Sequence record: DRR723986_14227
Length of the DNA: 46,199 bases
Reading direction: 5' to 3' (one strand)
Under the pieces are notes generated by a model, which was given only the letters and a program-made list of their open reading frames with translations, was not told where the DNA came from and did no database searches. The position numbers and the translations under genes were made by a program. Of the stretch, positions 34,862 to 44,465 are shown one piece after another; position 1 is the first letter of the stretch; each line of letters starts with the position of its first letter.

Positions 34862-36319
34862 ATGCTTTCTACAGGTCTGTCAAAGAATAACCTCACCGGG
34901 CGCAATGGCCTGACAAAGGAAGTCGTGGCTTCAGTAGCCACGCTTGGGGTTATCCTATTCTTTGCTGGATCTCTTCTGACGCAGGTGTTCGTTCAAGGCG
35001 ACCCGAGTCTCATTGGACTTGGTCTGGGAGCGATCGCCCTGTTCCTGTCAGTGTATGTAGCACTGCGAATTCGAAGCAGGCTATCGCTGGCCGACCGGCT
35101 GGAAACGCAGCTCGTGCAGTTCTCCACTGCCAAGGCAACGCAAGACGTTGTTCACCCAATCGTAGCGGAAAACGCCGCAGCCCAAGGCTGGAATACCCTT
35201 ATCGATACCGTCGATAGGTCGCGCGACACTGAAGAAATAGAGCGGCGCGTCTCCAATGGCTCAGGTGGACTGGGATCGGAGCGACTGGCACGGGCATTTC
35301 GAAGTCTGCCAGAAGGACTTTGCGTTACCGATCAAGCTGGTGAAGTGACTTTCACCAATGTAGCCTGGGATAGCAGTGTTGTTCGAACAGACGTTGAACA
35401 CGAAAAGATCACCGACGTCCTGGGTGCCAGCAGGTTCACAAACTGGAAAGAAATCGAATCCAGAGTCCTCAAGGGTACCCGCCCAGCCAAATGGGAATTG
35501 ATGAAGGGCAAGTCGATCCACGATGGAGTTTGGCGACTAGAACGAACACCGCTCAACGGGCGCACCGGCGAACAACCCGGTTTTGTTTGGACGCTGAAAG
35601 ACGTGACGCAGGCTGCTCTAGCGCGCGACTCACACGAACAGTTTCTTGCATCCGCGACTCACGAACTACGCACACCGCTGACCAACATCACGGCATACTC
35701 AGAGTCGTTGATCGAGATGGATACGATTAGTCCAGATCAACAGAAGGAATTCTTCAACGTCATCCACTCGGAGGCGGAGAGGCTCAGCAGACTGTTGAAC
35801 GAGTTGCTCGACATTCAGCAGCTAGAAGCCGGATCAATGACGGTTTCGGTAAGCAAGTTTGACGTCCATCGCATGTCGGGCGAACTCAAAGATCACTTTG
35901 AACCGCTGATTCGCGAAAAGAACATCAACTTCGTTAGCAGTATCGCTCCGGACATTCGCACCATCGAAGCGGACAAAGAGAAGATCATCTCATGCATGGT
36001 CAACCTTCTTGGAAATGCAATTAAGTACACCCCAAGTGGCGGTGAAGTTCGTTTCACGGCTGAACAACTAGAAAGTTCAGTGGTGCTGTCGGTAGAAGAC
36101 ACCGGTATCGGAATCTCGGACACCGAGCTGCCCAAGATCTTTGATCGATTCTATCGGTGCAGCGATGAGAGAGTCGCAAAGTTGGAAGGCAACGGCCTTG
36201 GTCTAGCGTTCTCGGTTGAGGTTGCCAGGCTGCACAATGGCGAGATCACCGTGGAGAGTGAATTGAACAAGGGTTCACGGTTCTCGTTGAAGCTACCGCT
36301 AGCACCGGAACACCAGTAA
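34862..36319 (+). CDS. Membrane-anchored sensor histidine kinase (2 TM, PAS-like, HisKA, HATPase)
   Basis: HELRTPL, NLLGNAIKYT, DTGIGI, FDRFYR and GNGLGL. An alternative TTG start lies at 34853. Confidence 0.93.
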   Translation: MLSTGLSKNNLTGRNGLTKEVVASVATLGVILFFAGSLLTQVFVQGDPSLIGLGLGAIALFLSVYVALRIRSRLSLADRLETQLVQFSTAKATQDVVHPIVAENAAAQGWNTLIDTVDRSRDTEEIERRVSNGSGGLGSERLARAFRSLPEGLCVTDQAGEVTFTNVAWDSSVVRTDVEHEKITDVLGASRFTNWKEIESRVLKGTRPAKWELMKGKSIHDGVWRLERTPLNGRTGEQPGFVWTLKDVTQAALARDSHEQFLASATHELRTPLTNITAYSESLIEMDTISPDQQKEFFNVIHSEAERLSRLLNELLDIQQLEAGSMTVSVSKFDVHRMSGELKDHFEPLIREKNINFVSSIAPDIRTIEADKEKIISCMVNLLGNAIKYTPSGGEVRFTAEQLESSVVLSVEDTGIGISDTELPKIFDRFYRCSDERVAKLEGNGLGLAFSVEVARLHNGEITVESELNKGSRFSLKLPLAPEHQ

Positions 36320-36322
36320 GGC

Positions 36323-36664
36323 ATGGCGATGATCGGTACCCAGACAATCGGATCCGTTTCGGTAATTCACGTTCGCAGCTCATTGCAGGACGAGTGTATC
36401 GAAGATTGCGAAAAGGCCCTCAAGGAGGGATTCAGCGAGAACCGTCAGCATTTCGTCTTCAACTTGAACGAGTGCCCGCTGGTCAGCAGCAGTGGGCTTG
36501 AGTTCATTATCGACGCACAAAACGAATGCTTGAACCGAGGTGGGAAGCTAATCGTCGCTGAACCCCAATTATTGTGCGCGGAGATCTTGAGCATCACTGG
36601 CGTAGACGAACATGTAAGTGTTTATCGTGACATGCGCACCGCCCTCACAGATTTCGCGCGTTAG
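36323..36664 (+). CDS. STAS domain protein (anti-sigma-factor-antagonist-like)
   Basis: 113 aa with FVFNLNECPLVSSSGL, GGKLIV and EILSITGV. Confidence 0.85.
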   Translation: MAMIGTQTIGSVSVIHVRSSLQDECIEDCEKALKEGFSENRQHFVFNLNECPLVSSSGLEFIIDAQNECLNRGGKLIVAEPQLLCAEILSITGVDEHVSVYRDMRTALTDFAR

Positions 36665-36669
36665 GAAAG

Positions 36670-38412
36670 TTGACCATGAGTGTTGTCCAGCTTGATGATC
36701 ACATCCACGGCGCGACCGCCCAAGACCTAACTCTGCCTCTTGGGCAACGTTTGCTACAGGCCGGCTTGATCAATGAAGGTCAGCTAGAGAAAGCGCTTGA
36801 GCTTCACGGAAACCGAGGAATTCGGCTCGGCGAAGCTATGGTCGCTCTGGGTATGCTCGGCGAAGCAGACCTGCTGCCGTTGATTGGGAGCCAGCTTGAC
36901 TATCCGTGGATTCGATTGCGGCAAGGGTTGGTAGATCCCAAGGTCGTTCATTTCATTCCACGCGACCTTGCAGAGCAACTCGGTTGCCTTGCACTTTTTA
37001 AGGTGCACGACGAACTCACTGTGGCGATGTCTGAGCCACAGAATCTGGATACCGTCGACCAGCTTCAGGAATTGACTGGGCTGGAGATCCGTCCAGTCTT
37101 GAGTCTCAAGAGTTCCATCGAGCGGATCCTTCCGCGCTGTTACGAAGAAGACTTCAAGGTCGATGCGGTAACCGCTGATCTCGATGATACAGCGATCGAG
37201 CTCAAGAGTGACGAAGTCTACTTCGACACCGATAGCATCCAAGTGCTTGCCGACGGTAGCCCGGTTATCAACCTGGTGAACTATTTGATTGTTCAAGCGG
37301 TTCGTCAGGGTGCTAGCGATATTCACATCGAACCCTCAGCGCGGTCTAGCGTGATTCGTTTTCGGGTAGATGGAAGACTACGCGAAGTCCTGAAGCCGCG
37401 CCGCGATCTGCACCCAGCGGTTGTTTCGCGAATTAAGGTTATGGCCAAGCTCGATATTGCGGAGCAGCGAAAGAGCCAAGACGGTCGATTTCATGTTCGA
37501 GTAGACGACCGCGAAGTCGATTTGCGGGTGTCATCACTGCCTACCGTGTTGGGTGAAAAGGTGGTGATGCGGATTCTTGACCGGAGCGCCGTAACGTTTG
37601 ATCTCGACAAATTGGGAGTGCCCAATTCGCAACTATCGCGATTGCGAAAGATTCTGATGCGGCCGCACGGTTTGGTATTGGTTACCGGACCGACGGGCAG
37701 CGGTAAAACTACCTCGCTCTATTCCGCAGTAGAAACCATCAAACACTCTGGGTGTAACGTGGTGACTGTTGAGGATCCGGTTGAGTATCAACTAGATATG
37801 GTCAACCAAGTTCAAGTCAACGCTGCACGTCAAATGACATTTGCGTCGGCCCTGCGAAGTATTCTCAGGCAGGATCCTGACATCATCTTGGTCGGTGAAA
37901 TCCGTGATGCGGAGACGGCCGAAGTAGCCGTGCAAGCCGCACTAACAGGTCACTTGGTCTTGAGTACGCTGCACACAAATGACTGTGCTTCAACAGTGAC
38001 CAGGCTTCGGGATATGGGAATCGCACCGTACAAGATAGCCGCTTCCCTGGTTGGAATCATCGCGCAGCGACTGGTCCGAAAGATCTGTCCTAGCTGCAAG
38101 ACAACGTACTATCCGACCGCAGAACAGGCGGAGCTCGTTGGCTACGAAGCCATCCCGAGCCAACCATTCAAGAAGGGCGACGGATGCACCAAGTGCTTTG
38201 ACACTGGTTACACCGGAAGGCAGGGCGTCTACGAAGTGCTGTCAGTGGACGCGCGGGCTCGAGACATTATCTCGGAGGACGGAAACCTGGACGAGTTTCG
38301 GACGCTACTGAATGAACAGGGTGGCCACACTCTGTTACAAGAAGCACGATCACTGGCCGAAGGCGGCGTAACAAGCATCGATGAAGTCATCCGCGTCGCA
38401 CTCACCGACTAG
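36670..38412 (+). CDS. PilB/GspE/MshE-type assembly ATPase with N-terminal MshEN domain
   Basis: Tandem MshEN-like motifs (PLGQRLLQAGLI..QLEKAL; RLGEAMVALGML..L..LIGSQ), ASDIHIEP, GPTGSGKTT, TVEDPVE, LRQDPDIILVGEIRD, TGHLVLSTLH and CPSC/CTKC. Confidence 0.94.
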   Translation: MTMSVVQLDDHIHGATAQDLTLPLGQRLLQAGLINEGQLEKALELHGNRGIRLGEAMVALGMLGEADLLPLIGSQLDYPWIRLRQGLVDPKVVHFIPRDLAEQLGCLALFKVHDELTVAMSEPQNLDTVDQLQELTGLEIRPVLSLKSSIERILPRCYEEDFKVDAVTADLDDTAIELKSDEVYFDTDSIQVLADGSPVINLVNYLIVQAVRQGASDIHIEPSARSSVIRFRVDGRLREVLKPRRDLHPAVVSRIKVMAKLDIAEQRKSQDGRFHVRVDDREVDLRVSSLPTVLGEKVVMRILDRSAVTFDLDKLGVPNSQLSRLRKILMRPHGLVLVTGPTGSGKTTSLYSAVETIKHSGCNVVTVEDPVEYQLDMVNQVQVNAARQMTFASALRSILRQDPDIILVGEIRDAETAEVAVQAALTGHLVLSTLHTNDCASTVTRLRDMGIAPYKIAASLVGIIAQRLVRKICPSCKTTYYPTAEQAELVGYEAIPSQPFKKGDGCTKCFDTGYTGRQGVYEVLSVDARARDIISEDGNLDEFRTLLNEQGGHTLLQEARSLAEGGVTSIDEVIRVALTD

Positions 38413-38455
38413 AAAATAGGCAGCGATACACCCGCACTTGGCGTATCGAAATGAT

Positions 38456-39616
38456 ATGAACAACACAGCAACTATACAGGATGCAAGTCTTGGTGAGAGC
38501 CTAGAGTCCAACGCTGACGTCAACGACGAAGGTAGTGTTCTCTCCTTGGATTTTGCATCTTTCATGCGTCCTCGACGGGCGAATCGTAGAAGTATGCTGA
38601 TCGTTTTTCGTCAGCTTGCGCTGCTGGTCGAAACGGGAATCGATATTGCCGAAGCACTGCGATTGGCGGCCGATACCTGTAAGAGCGACTCACTTGCAGA
38701 CTGCCTTGACGAAATCTACGACGACATCACCAATGGTCGCAGCCTGAGTGCTGCCGTCATGGCACAGGAAGACATTCTTGGAAATCGCGTCACGGCCAGT
38801 ATTCAGGCTGGCGAAGCCTCAGGGCGTCTAGGTTCAGTTCTGAATCAAATCGCGGAGCAGTTTGAAGACGAACTGGAAATGCGAGGCACAATCTCCGGTT
38901 CACTTGCCTACCCGGCTATTCTCGGCTTTGCTTCGGTCATCGTGGCAAGTGTTCTCATCTGGTTTGTGTTGCCACAGTTTGAGAAGTCCTTCGCATCGAT
39001 GGGCGTAGATCCACCGATCTTTACGCAGTACTTAATCGCAGCCAGTTCGCTGGTTCGCAATAACACACTCGTTATCGCACTCGGCGTCATAGCTTCCATC
39101 GTCGCAATAGTGATCGCGGTTAGCCAGCCGATCACCAGGCGGACGCTTGGATCGCTTTGCTTTCGCAGCCCCCTTCTGGGTACCGCGATGCAGAATATTG
39201 CGGTGGGCAATCTGTTCCTGAACATCGGGCACTTGTTGCGAAACGGAATATCGCTGCTGGAAGCAATCCAAATTACCAAACGTGGTGTTTCGTCTGGGGC
39301 CATGCAAAACTTGGTCGACGTCTGGGAAAACGATGTCATCGAGGGTCGAGGACTAACACACAGCCTGGATGATCTCGACTGTCTGCCTGAAGGCGCGGAT
39401 GCGATGTTGGTGATGGCAGAGAGAACAGGAAAACTTGAGTCCGTTCTCACGTCTGCCGGAAGTCACTATCGCGATGAGGGTACTACCAAACTAAAGCAAC
39501 TGCTCAAACTCAGCGAGCCGGTGATCATCATCTTCCTCGGCGGTTTCGTTGGAGTCGTAGTTGCGAGTGTGCTGCTGCCAATGTTGGACGTGCAATCAGC
39601 TAGCCAGCCAATCTAA
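38456..39616 (+). CDS. PilC/GspF platform inner-membrane protein
   Basis: RQLALLVETGIDI, AGEASGRL, LAYPAIL, AERTGKL and EPVIIIFLGGFVG..VLLPM. Confidence 0.92.
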   Translation: MNNTATIQDASLGESLESNADVNDEGSVLSLDFASFMRPRRANRRSMLIVFRQLALLVETGIDIAEALRLAADTCKSDSLADCLDEIYDDITNGRSLSAAVMAQEDILGNRVTASIQAGEASGRLGSVLNQIAEQFEDELEMRGTISGSLAYPAILGFASVIVASVLIWFVLPQFEKSFASMGVDPPIFTQYLIAASSLVRNNTLVIALGVIASIVAIVIAVSQPITRRTLGSLCFRSPLLGTAMQNIAVGNLFLNIGHLLRNGISLLEAIQITKRGVSSGAMQNLVDVWENDVIEGRGLTHSLDDLDCLPEGADAMLVMAERTGKLESVLTSAGSHYRDEGTTKLKQLLKLSEPVIIIFLGGFVGVVVASVLLPMLDVQSASQPI

Positions 39617-39653
39617 GAAGTGCAGCTCTTTATCGAAGTGCTTAGAAAATACA

Positions 39654-40775
39654 ATGTTGAAACTTAAGAGAAAGAACGCCAAACGCTCCGCAGCAGTTTC
39701 GCGAATCGGCATCGACGTGGGAAGCTACTCCACAAAGATTGTCCGTCATCGTGCTGGCGCAGAAAATGCGTACTTATGCACTGAATTCAGCACCGGTGTC
39801 TCGCCAACGACGGCCGCCCAAGAGGGAGGTTCGCCAAGCGAACTGGAGCCGGAGGTCGACGAGAGCCCAAAGCGGCGTCGACAAGACAACATGCTGAATC
39901 TTTCGCGATGGAGTCAGAAGCAGATCGATGCTCTGGCCAGCAAGATTTCATCAGCGGTCGGTCGCGTCGATCGTGGCACGATTCTTCAGGCGACACTTTC
40001 GATGGCAACCTGCGACTTGCGAAGCGTGCAAGTTGCTTCGGTTGAATCGCCTGATCTCGGCGAACTGAAGAAGCAAATAGCAGAACTGACCAACGATACC
40101 CGGTCTCGCAGTCTAGCGGTCGTCCCATCGGAGGATAAACACAACAACATTAAAGTTGTTAGCGTGCCGGAAGACCTTGTTGATGGCATCGCTATTGCTT
40201 TAGATGGACAGGGTTTGACGCCGCACGCTGTGGAGGCGACGCCCTGGAGCATGGCGAGAACAATAGACTCAAGCGAACCGGTCGTCCTGTTGGATCTTGG
40301 CTACGCAGAGCCAACGCTAATCGCAAAGAACCAGCACGGCGTACAATACATACGTCGAATGAGACGCGGTGGCTTCGCGAAAGTGCTTGCTCCCATGATG
40401 GATCGTTTTGGTCTGACAAACGTGCAAGCAACTCGCCTGTATTTGGAGTCGATGGATCCAACCCGGACATCATCGATTGATGCGGGCGTTCTCGCTGAAG
40501 CACGAATGGAATTCAAGGAAGCCGTTCGCGAGAATTGCAAAAGTCTCGGCAAGGAGATCGATTCAGCGTTGGAGTTCATCAGTTGGAAATTTGATGGCTT
40601 CGATCGCAAGCTGCTTTTCTTGCAAGGCGGGTTGGCGGAGGACGCTAACGTGGTCGATCTTCTTAAACAATCCGTAGGGTCAGAGATTAGGATTGTCGAG
40701 GGAGACAGTCGGACTGCAATCGCATCTCGATTTACCAAAGCTGCGAGCTTAGCTGGTTGGAGGTACCAACCATGA
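39654..40775 (+). CDS. PilM-like actin-fold alignment protein
   Basis: IGIDVGSYSTKIV, VVLLDLGYAEPTLI and LFLQGGLA. Its position after pilC fits. Confidence 0.75.
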   Translation: MLKLKRKNAKRSAAVSRIGIDVGSYSTKIVRHRAGAENAYLCTEFSTGVSPTTAAQEGGSPSELEPEVDESPKRRRQDNMLNLSRWSQKQIDALASKISSAVGRVDRGTILQATLSMATCDLRSVQVASVESPDLGELKKQIAELTNDTRSRSLAVVPSEDKHNNIKVVSVPEDLVDGIAIALDGQGLTPHAVEATPWSMARTIDSSEPVVLLDLGYAEPTLIAKNQHGVQYIRRMRRGGFAKVLAPMMDRFGLTNVQATRLYLESMDPTRTSSIDAGVLAEARMEFKEAVRENCKSLGKEIDSALEFISWKFDGFDRKLLFLQGGLAEDANVVDLLKQSVGSEIRIVEGDSRTAIASRFTKAASLAGWRYQP

Positions 40776-41392
40776 AACAGTCGACCAACCTAATCTCACA
40801 ATCGACAATCAACCATTTCGGTAATCAAGCTGCAAAGCGAGCATGGCGTAACCTAGCATTTGCGGCATTCGCACTTTCAGGTGTCTGTGTGCTGTCGATG
40901 CAGTTTGCAGTCCAACAGATTCGCCGGGAAACCACGCAACAGAATTCCCGTGGAGACTATCCACAACAGGTCGCCGATGAGAACAGTCGGCTGCGAGTTG
41001 AGTTGCAGAGGGCGCAGGCGAAGTTCCAGGAACAACGAGAGCTTCGCTGTGACAGAAGTCCGTTGACCATCTTGCAGCTACTGGTCGGTGTTCAGCGAGA
41101 GTTCGACGGCAACCTAACCGTGGAGACTTTTGACTTCAACTTGGACACGGCCAACGTTCAGAGCTCTTCCCCAACCGGCGGACCAGCGACACCACAATTG
41201 GTTGGACTTCGCAAGAATGCATCGGGCCGACTTTCGCTGCAGGTCATTACAAATTCGACGACGCGATCATCGCAGTTTTTGCAGCTTCTCAAGGACAGCG
41301 GCTATTTTCAGCAGGTGAAGCTAAACAGTCCGCTCTCAAGAGCTGATCGTGATGGCACGGACTTGCGATTCGGCGTCGTTTGCTCGTTCTAG
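40772..41392 (+). CDS. PilN-like alignment protein
   Basis: N-terminal TNLIS motif, one TM, a coiled coil and FLQLLKDSGYFQQVKL. GGAGGT RBS and an ATGA overlap with the pilM-like gene. Confidence 0.68.
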   Translation: MKQSTNLISQSTINHFGNQAAKRAWRNLAFAAFALSGVCVLSMQFAVQQIRRETTQQNSRGDYPQQVADENSRLRVELQRAQAKFQEQRELRCDRSPLTILQLLVGVQREFDGNLTVETFDFNLDTANVQSSSPTGGPATPQLVGLRKNASGRLSLQVITNSTTRSSQFLQLLKDSGYFQQVKLNSPLSRADRDGTDLRFGVVCSF

Positions 41393-41444
41393 AAGCAACC
41401 GGATGCAAAGTAAACCGGTTAAGAAATACTAAGGTCTGACAACG

Positions 41445-41975
41445 ATGAACCTAAAGACGATCCCAATCAACATAGTTGGCGTAGCATTGCTGTTGGCAGC
41501 GTTTGCAGTCACCTACGTCTTTGGCTATCTCCCTCTACAAAACGCTCGGCGGACTTACGAAAATGCACGCCTAAGGACTGAAGCCCTGGCGGTAAATGTG
41601 AAACAAAATGAAAAGCAAAATGAGCTGATTCGCGAAGAGATTCAAACGGTCCAAGCTCAGATGGAGGAGCAGTTCTGCAGTCAGGCGGACCCCAGAACAC
41701 CAACCATTGAGACAATCTCCAACATTTTGAGCGAACATGAAGTAGAGCTTGAGAACTTGAAGCAAGACACTGCTAGGCATGCGGTCGGAGCACGCATTGA
41801 AGTTCAGATTCGCGGGAAGTATGAGAACATCGTTCGCGTCATCTACCGACTGCGGCACATGACGCTGCCAGCTCGAGTGACAGGATTGTCCCTTGGAAAT
41901 ACGCGTGGCGACAAAGACGAGCTCAGCGCACGAATTGAAGTTGAGCTATACCCATCGCAAGCATTTGCAGCTTGA
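41445..41975 (+). CDS. PilO-like alignment protein
   Basis: One TM, a coiled coil and IEVQIRGKYENIVRVIYRL..L.SARIEVELY. Confidence 0.72.
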   Translation: MNLKTIPINIVGVALLLAAFAVTYVFGYLPLQNARRTYENARLRTEALAVNVKQNEKQNELIREEIQTVQAQMEEQFCSQADPRTPTIETISNILSEHEVELENLKQDTARHAVGARIEVQIRGKYENIVRVIYRLRHMTLPARVTGLSLGNTRGDKDELSARIEVELYPSQAFAA

Positions 41976-42013
41976 CGCAAACAGCCGCGCGAAACAAATA
42001 CGAGAACTGAACT

Positions 42014-42589
42014 ATGTCGAAAAAAACGAATCGCAAGGGGCGACGAGCAAAGAAGCCCGACAAGCACGCCAAACTGAAGTTGGCCGCTATCCCAGTGCTC
42101 CTCCTGTTGCTCGTCTACGTCGTCTACGATGCCGTCGCCGGTGATGCTAGCGATGATCCTGTAGCCGTACTGAATCCTGCCCAGCAATCCAACTCCGCTG
42201 GAAACACGGTAGCCAAGCAGACCGAACAAGGTCGGTTGTGGGACGAGCCCACGTTGAGTCTGCTCCTGATGCAGAATCCGTTCGAAGACTACACGGCACA
42301 AGAGCTAGATGATTTGTCCGCGAGTCGTCTTGTAGCACTGGGAGAGACTGGTCAGTCGTCATCGGGTGCAGGGACTCAACAGTCGACGACTGTCGCGACC
42401 GGAGGATTTGATGTTCCCTACGTGTTTGAGTCCGCGCGGAAGAGCAAGGCACTCATTGATGGCAAAGTTGTCCATCTGGGTGAGGAAGTCAGCGAGGGGT
42501 TAAGCTTGCAAACAATTGTGAATGGCAAGATGGTTCTCCACCGCAGATCGAAGGCCGAAACAAATTCACCAAAACGCCAGATTCAGTAA
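42014..42589 (+). CDS. PilP/MshK/GspB-like periplasmic accessory protein
   Basis: Basic N-tail, one TM, QNPF and a C-terminal ALIDGKVVHLGEEV..LQTI..MVL beta domain. It is the last gene of the filament operon. Confidence 0.55.
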   Translation: MSKKTNRKGRRAKKPDKHAKLKLAAIPVLLLLLVYVVYDAVAGDASDDPVAVLNPAQQSNSAGNTVAKQTEQGRLWDEPTLSLLLMQNPFEDYTAQELDDLSASRLVALGETGQSSSGAGTQQSTTVATGGFDVPYVFESARKSKALIDGKVVHLGEEVSEGLSLQTIVNGKMVLHRRSKAETNSPKRQIQ

Positions 42590-42915
42590 AGTCTTTGCCA
42601 AGTAAGGTATCGACAGACGTACTCTACGAATCTGCGCAGTAGTCACCGCAGCACAAGTGACCTTCTAGGGTGCTACCAATCCGCTGACCGCGAAGGCTCT
42701 CGCAGTCGTTAAATCTTACCTGGTCGCAGAGTGTGTTAATCTAGGTGGCTCTTCCGGTTTCAAATTTGCAGGATGGAGGGATGAATCGCGATTTACCGAT
42801 CCTCCCCTTCATGCCGAGCTGCCCACTGGGGGAGGCTGGCTAGTAACGACTCTTAGATCGCCGACCCAGCATCTTCTAAGAGTCCCCAACCGGTTTCCCG
42901 CGCGGAAGGGTCTCT

Positions 42916-44256
42916 ATGACGCAGACCAACCTGATCTGCCGCCGAGTGCTCAGCATCGCCTGCCTCACAGCATCAGTGCTTGCACTCACTAGTTCGCAAG
43001 ATTGCCTTGCCGATGAACTCGACTCGCTTCGTCGTACCGCGACGGTTCGAGCCATCGCAAGTGCAGAGCCCGCTGTCGTCAATATCGAAGGCAACAAGCC
43101 AGCCAATAGTGCTCGCTCCGATGGCCAGCAAGTCAACGGTATGGGCGCTGGCGTGATCATCGACCGCCGCGGCTATATCTTGACCAACCAGCACGTTGTT
43201 CAAGACGTCGGACGGATCGAAGTCACGCTGAGCTCAGGTCGACAGTACGTTGGACGACTGATCGATCGCGACCCAGCAACTGACTTGGCATTGATCAAGA
43301 TCGACACCGGTAGGCATCTGCCAGTGATCAAGTGTGGCACGTCTTCAGACTTGCTGCTCGGTGAACCGGTGATCGCAATTGGCAATCCGTACGGATACCA
43401 CCACAGTGTCACGCAGGGCATCATTAGTGCGTTGAAACGCGACATCCCTGTCAATGGTGTTCAAGAGTATCCCGATCTGATTCAGACCGACGCCAGCATT
43501 AACCCTGGAAACTCCGGTGGGCCACTGCTGAATGCGAAGGGCGACATGATCGGAATCAACGCGGCAGTACGCATCGGAGCTCAAGGCATTGGTTTCGCGA
43601 TCCCCGTAGATCGCGCTATTAAGATTGCCGCGTCGATGATCTCTCGTCACCGCGAGCGAGTGTCAAATGTCGATGCACCGTTCCGTGTTCGTACCAGCTA
43701 CTCCGGTGGCCGCAGCGTTGTGAGCGTAATCAGCAGCAATAGCTCTGAGCTTCGCACCGGCGATGTCATTCAAGCCATCAACAATATGCCGATTCGCAAT
43801 CAGTTGGATCTTGAGCTGACCCTACTGGATCACTCAGACGGCGCGACGCTCAACATAGACTGTCAGCGAGGTTCCGAAGCGCGTTCGGCCAAGGTGACTC
43901 TTGGTCGAGGTTCGCGAAGTGGAAGTTCCGTTCGGCTTGCATCGTCTTCGAGCGCGGCACAAGCGGTATGGAATCGGTTTGGTATGCGGATTGAACAGGC
44001 CAGCGTGACAGAAGTCCAGGCCGTGGATTCGCAGTACAAAGGCGGTTTCCGCGTGACCGCCGTTCGTCGCGGCAGCCCTGCTCACGAAGCCCAGATTCAA
44101 GAAGGCGATATACTCGTCGGCCTGATGGAGTGGCAATCCCCGCAGTGGAGTGAGCTGACGTGGATCATGAATCGCCGCGAACTCAAAGACGCGAGCAGTG
44201 TTCGTTTCCACATCATGCGAGGAAACGAAACCTACTGGGGCGAACTGCAACGTTAA
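42916..44256 (+). CDS. HtrA/DegP-family periplasmic serine protease with two PDZ-like domains
   Basis: Catalytic triad motifs TNQHV, TDLALIKI and IQTDASINPGNSGGPL, a signal peptide and C-terminal GSPAHEAQIQEGDILV. Confidence 0.93.
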   Translation: MTQTNLICRRVLSIACLTASVLALTSSQDCLADELDSLRRTATVRAIASAEPAVVNIEGNKPANSARSDGQQVNGMGAGVIIDRRGYILTNQHVVQDVGRIEVTLSSGRQYVGRLIDRDPATDLALIKIDTGRHLPVIKCGTSSDLLLGEPVIAIGNPYGYHHSVTQGIISALKRDIPVNGVQEYPDLIQTDASINPGNSGGPLLNAKGDMIGINAAVRIGAQGIGFAIPVDRAIKIAASMISRHRERVSNVDAPFRVRTSYSGGRSVVSVISSNSSELRTGDVIQAINNMPIRNQLDLELTLLDHSDGATLNIDCQRGSEARSAKVTLGRGSRSGSSVRLASSSSAAQAVWNRFGMRIEQASVTEVQAVDSQYKGGFRVTAVRRGSPAHEAQIQEGDILVGLMEWQSPQWSELTWIMNRRELKDASSVRFHIMRGNETYWGELQR

Positions 44257-44362
44257 AGCCCATAGCCAGTGTGTTCTATGAGACTGGCGCGAAAGTGATT
44301 CGTGGCTGCTAGCGAACTAGAACACTGCTAGCGAACTAAGACACTTCGCACACTAGATCAAT

Positions 44363-44417
44363 TACCAGGAGGGGCATGGGAGGGAAGACCGGCGTCTTCC
44401 CTCCCAACGGCCTGGTA
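44363..44417. terminator. Long hairpin between convergent htrA and halogenase-like genes (probable bidirectional terminator or repeat)
   Basis: Perfect 13-bp stem TGGGAGGGAAGAC-cggc-GTCTTCCCTCCCA (44377-44406) plus an outer TACCAGG/CCTGGTA pair. No U-tract. Confidence 0.5.
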
Positions 44418-44465
44418 TTCTTAAGCGGTGATTTAGTTACGAACCGCTGGCGCTTTTCAATCCGG

